This document shows positions 1 through 6,606 of a stretch of 8,598 nt of DNA, in pieces; within the stretch, counting starts at the first letter, position 1; each line of letters starts with the position of its first letter. The position numbers were made by a program, and so were the translations under genes. Where the stretch lies: IMG/VR virus record IMGVR_UViG_2671180828_000009; one strand, given 5' to 3'. Below the pieces are notes generated by a model. It made no database searches and was not told the DNA's origin. It saw only the letters and a program-made list of their open reading frames with translations. The DNA is from a virus (lineage: Duplodnaviria > Heunggongvirae > Uroviricota > Caudoviricetes).

Positions 1-51
1 CCATATGAAATCATAAGAAGAATCATGTTGATAATCATCACAACTTTTCAT
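1..51 (-). CDS. Tail fiber assembly chaperone, N-terminal fragment only (gene runs off the left edge)
   Basis: ATG at 51..49 on the minus strand, 5 nt after the H stop (TAA at 56..54), opens a frame (MKSCDDYQHDSSYDFIW...) that stays open to the window edge. Position matches P2 gene G downstream of H. AT-rich like the H 3' end. Only 17 codons visible. Confidence 0.35.
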   Translation of the reverse strand, partial: MKSCDDYQHDSSYDFIW

Positions 52-53
52 AT

Positions 54-1493
54 TTAATATCCAAATGCAATAAATACAGCGCCTGAAACTTTTGAATCAC
101 TGCTGGTTCCTGATGTCAAACAAGTTACAGCAGTAAACCCATCATTATATATACTTTCGCACGACGTAACGACTTGTGCATATGTCATTTTTGTGACAAA
201 CACACCCCATACTCCGTTAGGGAATGGCGTTGGATATGTAATAGGAAGCTGTTGTGGAATACCAATAGTTGTACTATTAGGAAGATTTCTTCGAAATATT
301 TGTATAATTAAACCATTCGGACCTTTAACCAACAAATTATCGCTTCCTTTTCCTGTTAGCTGAAAATAGCTCATGTCAGGGATTTCATAACTATTAGCAT
401 TACCAACATTTCTACCTGCCGCATTTCCCAAATGCCCTAAACCAAGATAAGTAAGAATTCCTTCTATATCCTTTCCACTCAAATTAGTCAGCGTATTATC
501 CAGCGGTTGTTTGCCTGCCAGCGCATTAAGCATTGTCGTGGCAAAGTTCGGGTCATTCCCCAGCGCCGCCGCCAGTTCGTTCAGTGTATCCAGTGCCGCA
601 GGTGCAGACCCCACCATTGCTGCAATTGCCGATTTCACAAAAGCTGTAGTGGCAATCTGTGTATTGTTGACCGACTGCGCCGCCGTGGGGGCTGTTGGCG
701 TTCCGGTGAGTGCCGGACTCGACAACGGTGCTTTTAGTGCCAGCACATTGTTAATGGTGGTACTGAAATTCGGATCATTGTTAATGGCTGCGGCTATTTC
801 TTTCAGCGTGTCCAGCGTGGCTGGCGCACCATTAATAAGGGCCGTCAGTGCCGCCTGAACAAACGCAGTGGTCGCAACCTGCGTGGTATTATTCCCCGCC
901 GCTGGCGTTGGCGCTTTGGGGGTTCCGGTAAACGTCGGACTTTCTTTGGGTGCATACTGTGAATGTGGGTCCTGTGCGGCAAGGTGTTTTGCCATCAGGT
1001 CATCCACATACACCTTCAGCTCCAGTACCTTGTCATCCACATACTTGCGGGTTGCCAGCACTACAGCAGGATCGATTTTCAGGGTGATATTTTCCGTGCT
1101 GCTGGTAATCAGCACCATGCGCACGGTCTGGGTGCGCCCGCTGCCTTCAGCCAGTTGCGGCTTATAGCTTTCCGGGCAGTTGCCCACGGCAATCAATGCC
1201 CCGGACTCATCAAACAGGCCCACTTCACGTATCCACCAACCTCCCTCGTTTTCAGGGATCACCTGTTCGGCAATAATCTGGCTGCTGTTCTGCGGGTCGA
1301 TATAGAGCATATTCAGCGCAGCCCGGCGTTTCTCATTTACCAGTGCCGTCTGCTTTGCGTCCGGCGTTGGCAATGTTCCGCCGCCATCGCCGACCGCCAT
1401 ATGGGTAATTTTTAAAGGCACACCGAGCGCGGCGGCGCTGGCAAGTTTCGCCGCGCCAATATCCGTCAGCAGGGTATAAAATTTTGTGCTCAT
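54..1493 (-). CDS. H: Tail fiber protein (P2 gpH-like), 479 aa, with a divergent C-terminal receptor-binding region
   Basis: N-terminus MSTKFYTLLTDIGAAKLASAAALGVPLKITHMAVGDGGG... resembles the recalled P2 gpH N-terminal domain. Internal motif ...NNTQIATTAFV...ALDTLNELAAALGNDPNFATTM.NALAGKQP is the conserved tail-fibre repeat seen in P2 H and lambda Stf. Position immediately after I in the late operon. Confidence 0.9.
   Translation of the reverse strand: MSTKFYTLLTDIGAAKLASAAALGVPLKITHMAVGDGGGTLPTPDAKQTALVNEKRRAALNMLYIDPQNSSQIIAEQVIPENEGGWWIREVGLFDESGALIAVGNCPESYKPQLAEGSGRTQTVRMVLITSSTENITLKIDPAVVLATRKYVDDKVLELKVYVDDLMAKHLAAQDPHSQYAPKESPTFTGTPKAPTPAAGNNTTQVATTAFVQAALTALINGAPATLDTLKEIAAAINNDPNFSTTINNVLALKAPLSSPALTGTPTAPTAAQSVNNTQIATTAFVKSAIAAMVGSAPAALDTLNELAAALGNDPNFATTMLNALAGKQPLDNTLTNLSGKDIEGILTYLGLGHLGNAAGRNVGNANSYEIPDMSYFQLTGKGSDNLLVKGPNGLIIQIFRRNLPNSTTIGIPQQLPITYPTPFPNGVWGVFVTKMTYAQVVTSCESIYNDGFTAVTCLTSGTSSDSKVSGAVFIAFGY
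501..941 (-). repeat. Two tandem copies of a ~73-codon tail-fibre repeat inside H (about nt 723..941 and 501..719)
   Basis: Residues 185-257 (SPTFTGTPKAPTPAAGNNTTQVATTAFVQAALTALINGAPATLDTLKEIAAAINNDPNFSTTINNVLALKAPL) and 259-331 (SPALTGTPTAPTAAQSVNNTQIATTAFVKSAIAAMVGSAPAALDTLNELAAALGNDPNFATTMLNALAGKQPL) align along their length with roughly 60% identity. Also visible as paired antisense ORF segments. Confidence 0.7.
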
Positions 1494-2095
1494 GGATTCA
1501 CTCTCATTGTGTCAATAACATGGACCGCCCCGCCTTCATGCGCGGTGCCGCCGGAAATAATTGTTTCGTTGATATACGGATAGATCGTGATTTCTTCACC
1601 AAGATAGCTGGCGGCTCCCACCCAATGCGGGCCGCTGGTCTGCAGATTGATGGACATGCCGATCATGTGACGGCTACATGGTTTGGCATCGCTTATCAGC
1701 CGCTCAAGCTCCAGATAGGTATCTTCAGTGATGCCCTGGTCCTGCACACCAATGTCCAGGCGAAACGTACCCGGTGTTTCTCCGGTCTGCCACCACTCAA
1801 TAATGCGGATCAGGAAGCCGAACGGCTCCACCACCCGCCGCACGGCACTGGTGGTTCCTTTATGCTGATGAATATAAAAAGCATCCTTCACCACCTGTCG
1901 TTTGACGCTTTCCGTCCAGCCCTCGTCCCAGCAATCCACAGAGAACGCCCAGGCGAGATAAGGCAGGAAACTGATCGGACAGGTCGTTGGATTCCACAAG
2001 TCACGCAGCGGCACCTGCAGATCAGAAATCCCGCTGCAGGTTTGCGCCAGTCGGCGCTCCAGTGGCGTTGAACCCGGTGGCAGCAGACTATTCAT
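1490..2095 (-). CDS. I: Baseplate assembly protein I (P2 gpI-like), 201 aa
   Basis: Motifs LPPGSTPLE, LWNPTTCP, LPYLAWAFSVDCWDEGW, GTFRLDIGV are characteristic of P2 gpI-family proteins. 4-nt ATGA overlap with the H start. Position between J and H. Confidence 0.85.
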   Translation of the reverse strand: MNSLLPPGSTPLERRLAQTCSGISDLQVPLRDLWNPTTCPISFLPYLAWAFSVDCWDEGWTESVKRQVVKDAFYIHQHKGTTSAVRRVVEPFGFLIRIIEWWQTGETPGTFRLDIGVQDQGITEDTYLELERLISDAKPCSRHMIGMSINLQTSGPHWVGAASYLGEEITIYPYINETIISGGTAHEGGAVHVIDTMRVNP

Positions 2096-2996
2096 CCGTT
2101 CCTCCGTTGGTTACGCTCCACTGCGTACATGATGCCGCCTGTGTTTTGTTCAGGACCACATCCGCCAGAGGAGAAGCCAGCTCCACACGCTGCACACCCT
2201 CAACATGCAGGGCGGCAAAGATGGCGCTACGGCGAATATCCCGACCAAGACGCGTCTGACTGGCGATGTACTTCTGCAGGCTGGCTTTTGCCGCTGCCAT
2301 TACCGGCTCTGCTTCCGGTCCCGGATAGAGAAAAATGGTGGCTTCCACGCGATACGGGATGATTTCTGCGCTGCGAACCGTCAGACGGTCAGCCACCGGG
2401 CGGACGTTCTCACTGTTCAGAGCTTTTTCCACCACGTCCAGCAGGTCTTTTTCTGCAGTTCCATCGCCTTCGCGGCTAAGGACAGTCAGCACCACCTCTG
2501 CAGGTGCCGGGCTGGTTGCACTGGCATCCGCCACCCGACCGTCGGCGCTTCGGGCATGAAATTCATAAGCTGCAGTTGGCCCCGCAACTGAAAGCCCTTC
2601 AAAGGCTGCAGGCACACGCAGGCGTAACGATTCATCGCTTTCCATCACAGCTGCAACGGGCGGCACAGCGTCATTATCAGCAGGCGTCACCGTCAGGCGT
2701 TTCACGTTGTAGTTGGCAGCGATTTGGTCCAGATCGCCGCCCATCGCATAAGCCACCATCACCGCCTGCGCGGCTTCGTTAATGCGCTGGCGCAGAAGCA
2801 ACTCACGGTAAGCGTTCTCCTGCAACAATTTGGTGACGGGTTCAGATTCCAGTTCCAGCGTGCGGATCACTGCTTCCTGCTCATCTTTCGGATGAAGCGC
2901 CACAAATTCGGCCTTGCGTTCGGCAAGCAGCGTCTCAAAGTCCGGCACATCCACAATCTGCGGCGCAGGCAACTGCGAAAGGTCAATCACTGCCAT
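2088..2996 (-). CDS. J: Baseplate assembly protein J (P2 gpJ-like), about 302 aa
   Basis: The ORF track opens at 3035, but the likely start is the ATG at 2996 (MAVIDLSQLPAPQIV...), giving the expected gpJ length. Position between W and I. Overlaps the W 3' end by 14 nt and the I start by 8 nt. Confidence 0.85.
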   Translation of the reverse strand: MAVIDLSQLPAPQIVDVPDFETLLAERKAEFVALHPKDEQEAVIRTLELESEPVTKLLQENAYRELLLRQRINEAAQAVMVAYAMGGDLDQIAANYNVKRLTVTPADNDAVPPVAAVMESDESLRLRVPAAFEGLSVAGPTAAYEFHARSADGRVADASATSPAPAEVVLTVLSREGDGTAEKDLLDVVEKALNSENVRPVADRLTVRSAEIIPYRVEATIFLYPGPEAEPVMAAAKASLQKYIASQTRLGRDIRRSAIFAALHVEGVQRVELASPLADVVLNKTQAASCTQWSVTNGGTDE

Positions 2997-3342
2997 TCTC
3001 TGCTCCTGTTGATACGGAAAGGGAAACAGGCACACCGCTATTACGCCGCCCGGTCAGCTCCACCACCATTGAACCGTCAAAATTACTGTTGATGGTGATG
3101 GAATCCAGCGTCAGCCGTGGCTCCCAGCGACTCAGCGCCACATACACTGCCGACATGACCTGCAGGCGTAACGCCGGATTTTGTGGCTGGTCTATCAGTG
3201 CCGACAGCAGGGAACCATATTCCCGGCGAGCAATGCGGCTACCCTGCGGCGTCAGCAAAATGTCCCGCACCGACTGGCGCAGATGGTCAATATCAGTAAT
3301 GGCTTTACCGCTGATATTGTTCATCCCGCTATAAAGCGTCAT
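2983..3342 (-). CDS. W: Baseplate wedge protein W (gp25-like), 119 aa
   Basis: Size and sequence (MTLYSGMN..., ...REYGSLL..IDQPQNPALRLQ...WEPR...) are consistent with P2 gpW. Start ATG overlaps the upstream stop as ATGA. Confidence 0.85.
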   Translation of the reverse strand: MTLYSGMNNISGKAITDIDHLRQSVRDILLTPQGSRIARREYGSLLSALIDQPQNPALRLQVMSAVYVALSRWEPRLTLDSITINSNFDGSMVVELTGRRNSGVPVSLSVSTGAENGSD

Positions 3343-3938
3343 ACCGGGCCTCCGGTTGTATCGCCGCCTTTCAGGACGCCAGTATGCTGATGCGCATCAA
3401 CCACGATCCCGTTAGAACTCATAGCTCCGCCGCCCTGGGTAAGGCACCAGGCCATCTCCCGCGCACGGCGGTTATCCAGCCCCTGATTAAAAACACCTTT
3501 CACATAAACCCAGCGCGGCAACTGTCGGCACGCATCCGCCCAGCGCCGCTGATTGAGCAATTTCACCAGCGTGGAGCTGCAGGCATTGCCTGTCCCCACG
3601 TTGAAGGCAAATGACACCACCGCGTCATACACTTTCTGCGGCGGCTGTTGCTTCACACACCTTTCCAGCGCCCGCTCCACACGCAGCACGTTGGAGATCA
3701 GCCCTTCCGCTGCCTGTCGTTCCGTAATGGTTTTGCCTGGAATGACACCAGATGTATTACCAATGCCGTCTGTCCAGACACCCGCGCTGCACTGATACGG
3801 CTGCAGACGACAGCCTTCGTAATCGGCAATCAGTTTCAGCCCCTCCACGGAGGTGTGAAGCTGCTGAAAACCCGGCAGCGTGGCAGCAATAGCCAGCACG
3901 GCTCCGACAAGGCAGCGTTTAACGATTGATGGATTCAT
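3339..3938 (-). CDS. SAR endolysin, T4-lysozyme (GH24) family, P1 Lyz-like, with a ~30 aa C-terminal extension
   Basis: Weakly hydrophobic Gly/Ala-rich N-terminus MNPSIVKRCLVGAVLAIAATLPG followed by ...YEGCRLQPYQCSAGVWTDGIGNT..., which closely matches the recalled P1 Lyz catalytic region (EGCRRDPYMCPAGVWTDGIGNT). Start chosen at the in-frame ATG 3938 because GGGAGGA sits immediately upstream; the ORF track opens at 3965. Confidence 0.8.
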   Translation of the reverse strand: MNPSIVKRCLVGAVLAIAATLPGFQQLHTSVEGLKLIADYEGCRLQPYQCSAGVWTDGIGNTSGVIPGKTITERQAAEGLISNVLRVERALERCVKQQPPQKVYDAVVSFAFNVGTGNACSSTLVKLLNQRRWADACRQLPRWVYVKGVFNQGLDNRRAREMAWCLTQGGGAMSSNGIVVDAHQHTGVLKGGDTTGGPV

Positions 3939-4134
3939 AGTCCTCCCGCGAGATCTGCCCGTCACGCAGAAGCTGGTAGGCTTTGTGTTTGTAGTACCAG
4001 TTGATAGCCAGCATCAGCACACCAATCATCAGGCCGCCCAGCGTTGAGGCATCCTTGATGGACAAATCGCCCAGCCAGGCCAGCACGACGGCGATGCAAT
4101 ACGTGATAAAGGCGCTGATTCGCTCAAGCGTCAT
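3919..4134 (-). CDS. Class II holin (possible pinholin), 71 aa
   Basis: Two predicted transmembrane helices (ISAFITYCIAVVLAWLG and LGGLMIGVLMLAINWYY) followed by a charged C-terminal tail. Sits immediately upstream of, and overlapping, the SAR endolysin gene. Confidence 0.6.
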   Translation of the reverse strand: MTLERISAFITYCIAVVLAWLGDLSIKDASTLGGLMIGVLMLAINWYYKHKAYQLLRDGQISREDYESINR

Positions 4135-4137
4135 AAT

Positions 4138-4341
4138 TCAGTCCCATAGCTGGACGGTCTGCACGGTGGTGGTTGTCGGTATGTCCGGCAGCTCCACCTG
4201 CAACCCGTGAGGTAAAAAGGGGCCGTATTCGGCAAGCCCCGGATTTGCCTTCAGTACCTGCTCCGTGACACCCTGCGTGCGCCCGTAATGACGCCAGCAA
4301 AGCGCGTCCACCGTGTCATACTGATGCGCACGCACTTTCAT
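4138..4341 (-). CDS. X: Tail protein X (P2 gpX-like), 67 aa
   Basis: MKVRAHQYDTVDALCWRHYGRTQGVTEQVLKANPGLAEYGPFLPHGLQVELPD closely resembles recalled P2 gpX. Exact expected size and position after L. Confidence 0.85.
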   Translation of the reverse strand: MKVRAHQYDTVDALCWRHYGRTQGVTEQVLKANPGLAEYGPFLPHGLQVELPDIPTTTTVQTVQLWD

Positions 4342-4805
4342 CAGATAAGCTCCACTGTGCAGTGCGGCGCATCCTGTACCCGGCTGATGGCCCAGCGGGC
4401 GTCACGCCACAAATCACCGCTGGCTTCTGCCAGTTCCTCGCCTCGCTTCACACCCGATGCCGTGGCGTCATAGTCCTGGTATCGTTCGTTGAGCATGGCG
4501 CGTGCCCAACAATAAACCGCGTTGAAATAGTGCTGAATGCGCTCACTTTTGCCGTCCAGCTGTTCCGCCGGGACTTCTGCCAGCGACACATACCCCAGCA
4601 TCTGCTGACGTCTGCGAAACTCATACAGCTCTGCGTTGACCTCCGAAATTGCCGACAGAGCAACCTGCTTTAAACGCGGCTGCGTCACCGTGCCGTCAGT
4701 GCGCATGACACTGCGAAACTCCGACAGGTCCACATCAGGCCAGAACGGCGTATTTCTGATGATTTCCGCCTGTTCCGGTGCCTGTTCTGGCGCAACAAAC
4801 TTCAT
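4341..4805 (-). CDS. L: Head completion/stabilisation protein L (P2 gpL-like), about 154 aa
   Basis: Start assigned to ATG 4805 (MKFVAPEQ...) preceded by AGGAGA; the ORF track opens further upstream at 4868 inside a GC-rich hairpin. Position immediately before X. Confidence 0.8.
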   Translation of the reverse strand: MKFVAPEQAPEQAEIIRNTPFWPDVDLSEFRSVMRTDGTVTQPRLKQVALSAISEVNAELYEFRRRQQMLGYVSLAEVPAEQLDGKSERIQHYFNAVYCWARAMLNERYQDYDATASGVKRGEELAEASGDLWRDARWAISRVQDAPHCTVELI

Positions 4806-4818
4806 GCTGCTTTCTCCT

Positions 4819-4880
4819 GAAATAAAGGGCGGTGGACGGGGTTTTGATGTGGCAGTGCCTTTCGCCACCCCGTGCCGCCC
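4819..4880 (-). terminator. Candidate intrinsic terminator or structured element between the N remnant and L
   Basis: GC-rich imperfect stem (gggcgg..acgggg at 4828-4842 pairing with ccccgt.ccgccc at 4868-4880, ~25-nt loop) followed on the transcribed strand by CTTTATTTC just upstream of the L ribosome-binding site. Confidence 0.3.
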
Positions 4881-4900
4881 GTGCGCGGGGGCACGTTCTG

Positions 4901-5614
4901 TCAGCGGCTGTCATTGCGCAGTCTGCGCTCCAGCTGCTGTTTGTCTTTTTTCACGCCACAGCGGGGATCGAGCTGTAACGCATGGTTGAGATGATTAAGG
5001 GCAGACGCCGGATTCCCGACTTTCACTGCGCCCGGTGTGGTTTCACCGCCCGTGGTGGTGCTGCCCATGACGTGATCCGGTGCATCCTCACGGATTTTCT
5101 GCAGCCAGCCTTTGTTCACATCCTGCAGCAGCGGGTTTTCGCTACGGTTGGAGGTTTTCGCACGCTTCACGCCGTTAAAGCCGATCATGATGCGGTCCAG
5201 TGCCTGACGTTTCACGATGGCGTTACGGATACGCACCTGGAAATCCTGAAACTTCGCCCACAGGTCCAGCTTCGCGTAGGTCAGCACCGTGTCAAAGTTG
5301 GTCTGCTCGCATTTGTATTCCACATCGACCATCAGCGTCGGATCGACAGGCTCACGCTCTTTCGCGGTGGTGTCAGTGGTTCCGGCAATGGTGCTGCCAA
5401 CACCCAGCCCCAGCAACTGACCAGACTGCTCAGTCACTGGCGTGACGTTAATCAGCGTCAGGAATGCGGCGGACTGCTGGATCTGGTCTTCCAGCGTCTG
5501 CTGTACAGACGGCTCCACGGTGAACTTGCTGGACAGTTCTTCAACTGCCACACCGTTCAGACGCGCCAGCTGCTGCAGGTAAGCGTTAAAAGCAAAGCGG
5601 GTATTCTTCTTCAT
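4901..5614 (-). pseudogene. N: Major capsid protein N, 3'-truncated (237 codons versus about 350 expected)
   Basis: N-terminal ~205 aa (MKKNTRFAFNAYL...KFTVEPSV...LDLWAKFQDFQVRIRNAIVKRQALDRIMIGFNGVKRA...) look like a P2 N-family capsid protein. It follows O as expected, but the ORF is about 120 codons short, has a basic non-capsid-like tail (KKDKQQLERRLRNDSR), and no M gene lies between it and L. Confidence 0.7.
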
Positions 5615-5630
5615 CAGGTTTTGTGCTCCA

Positions 5631-6464
5631 TCAGCAATTGGTCAGAGTGTCAGCGGGGGCGTTACCGCCTGTTGCACGCTGGCGGTAGTCCTGGCGGCTG
5701 TCTTCATGGCTCAGCTTGTCCACCAGTTCGTTAAAGGCGGTCAGCTGTGCCTGCAGGGCTGTCTCCAGCTCAGACAGGCGTTCTTCCTGTTCAGACAGGG
5801 ATTTTTCGGTGCGCGCACTCAGGTTTTGCTGCTCAGTGGCGACCAGCTCCACGGCCTTATGCACATCAGAGAACCGGGCATCGTCGGACTGCTCTTTTTT
5901 GGTAAACAGCGCCGTGACACGGGCAAACAGGGACGGCTTGTCCTCCTGGATTTCTTCCAGTTCGATCACTGTTTCCTCTGCGGCGGTAAAGAGATTGGCG
6001 GGATTCTGCTTGCGGTTTGCCAGTGGGTTATGGGCTGCACTGGCGCTGAATGTCAGCATTTCAGTGCCCAGACTGGCAGGGTCATCAGTGGCAGCCAGGC
6101 CGACCAGGTAGGCTTTGCCCGTATCAGCGAACTTCGGGCTGACTTCCATAGAGGTGAATAATTTCTGGCCTTTTTTCACCAGTTCCACCAGGGACTCCGT
6201 TGGCTCAACGTCGGCATACAGCGCCATCTTGCCTGCCAGCGGACCTTCCGTGATTTCTTCAGCAAACAGCGCCGTCACCTTGCCGTAGCGGTTAAAGGTG
6301 CTGTCCGGCAGATAAGACTTGATGTGCTCAAGGTTAATCAGCGCGGTATACACCGCCGGGTTGTAGCTGGCTGCCATCTGTTCCAGCCATTCTCGCTGGA
6401 TTTCGCGTCCGTCGGTGGTGGCACCTTCCACCCCGATGCGAAAACGCTTTGCTTTCACTGTCAT
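5631..6464 (-). CDS. O: Capsid scaffolding protein O (P2 gpO-like), 277 aa
   Basis: ...FRIGVEG..DGR...INLEH...YG.V..L.AE...; ...AYLVGLAATDDPASLGTE... and C-terminal ...ATGG....D.LTNC match recalled gpO. GGAG 8 nt upstream of the ATG. Divergent from P. Confidence 0.85.
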   Translation of the reverse strand: MTVKAKRFRIGVEGATTDGREIQREWLEQMAASYNPAVYTALINLEHIKSYLPDSTFNRYGKVTALFAEEITEGPLAGKMALYADVEPTESLVELVKKGQKLFTSMEVSPKFADTGKAYLVGLAATDDPASLGTEMLTFSASAAHNPLANRKQNPANLFTAAEETVIELEEIQEDKPSLFARVTALFTKKEQSDDARFSDVHKAVELVATEQQNLSARTEKSLSEQEERLSELETALQAQLTAFNELVDKLSHEDSRQDYRQRATGGNAPADTLTNC

Positions 6465-6542
6465 GAGCCGTGCTCCGTTAGAAAAAACTTACTGGAGCCT
6501 TATGGTTGCGGTGATGGGGGCAGTGAAACAATGCGCGGTATT

Positions 6543-6560
6543 TGTACCGACAACCACACA
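6543..6560. promoter_or_regulatory. TGT-N12-ACA dyad, candidate Ogr/Delta-type late-promoter activator site (most plausibly for the O operon)
   Basis: TGTaccgacaaccacACA at 6543..6560 in the 142-bp O/P divergent intergenic region. P2-family late promoters carry this dyad centred near -55. The spacing puts a minus-strand transcription start about 30 nt upstream of the O ATG. Confidence 0.4.
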
Positions 6561-6606
6561 AACCGCAGGCGGGGAAAGCCTTCATTCAAGGCTGTAGGTT
6601 TGTGCC

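Noticed and set aside
507-1415. Plus-strand ORFs (507..737, 511..858, 868..1167, 963..1415) antisense to the tail fiber gene
   Set aside because: They lie entirely inside the well-supported H gene on the opposite strand. Their repetitive Ala/Ser-rich translations are the antisense shadow of the tail-fibre repeats, and they have no ribosome-binding sites or family resemblance.
1484-3092. Plus-strand ORFs antisense to I and J (1484..2071, 1987..2259, 2129..2362, 2205..2591, 2335..2559, 2504..2782, 2724..3092)
   Set aside because: Arg/Cys/His-rich low-complexity translations typical of antisense frames in GC-rich coding DNA; the opposite-strand genes are well supported.
3089-3929. Plus-strand ORFs antisense to W and the endolysin (3089..3334, 3181..3390, 3384..3614, 3553..3795, 3648..3929)
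   Set aside because: Same antisense low-complexity pattern, with no start context or family resemblance; the opposite-strand W and endolysin genes are well supported.
3939-3965. Longer endolysin start at 3965 (MTGRSRGRT...) as given by the ORF track
   Set aside because: No ribosome-binding site precedes 3965, whereas GGGAGGA precedes the ATG at 3938, and that start gives the same 40-residue spacing to the catalytic EGC motif as recalled for P1 Lyz.
4288-4989. ORFs on both strands overlapping L and the N/L spacer (4288..4473, 4362..4673, 4448..4663, 4636..4989)
   Set aside because: They overlap the L gene or span the GC-rich structured spacer. 4448..4663 is an alternative frame of the coding strand and the others are antisense. 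None has a family resemblance or a start signal.
4982-6161. Plus-strand ORFs antisense to N and O (4982..5734 of 250 aa, 5200..5445, 5706..6161, 5716..6111)
   Set aside because: Long open antisense frames are expected opposite highly expressed GC-rich structural genes. The translations are low complexity and the opposite-strand capsid and scaffold assignments are strong.
6528-6545. Second dyad, ACA-N12-TGT, overlapping the TGT-N12-ACA site
   Set aside because: The polarity is reversed relative to the P2 late-promoter consensus; the match is probably coincidental because it shares the same TGT.
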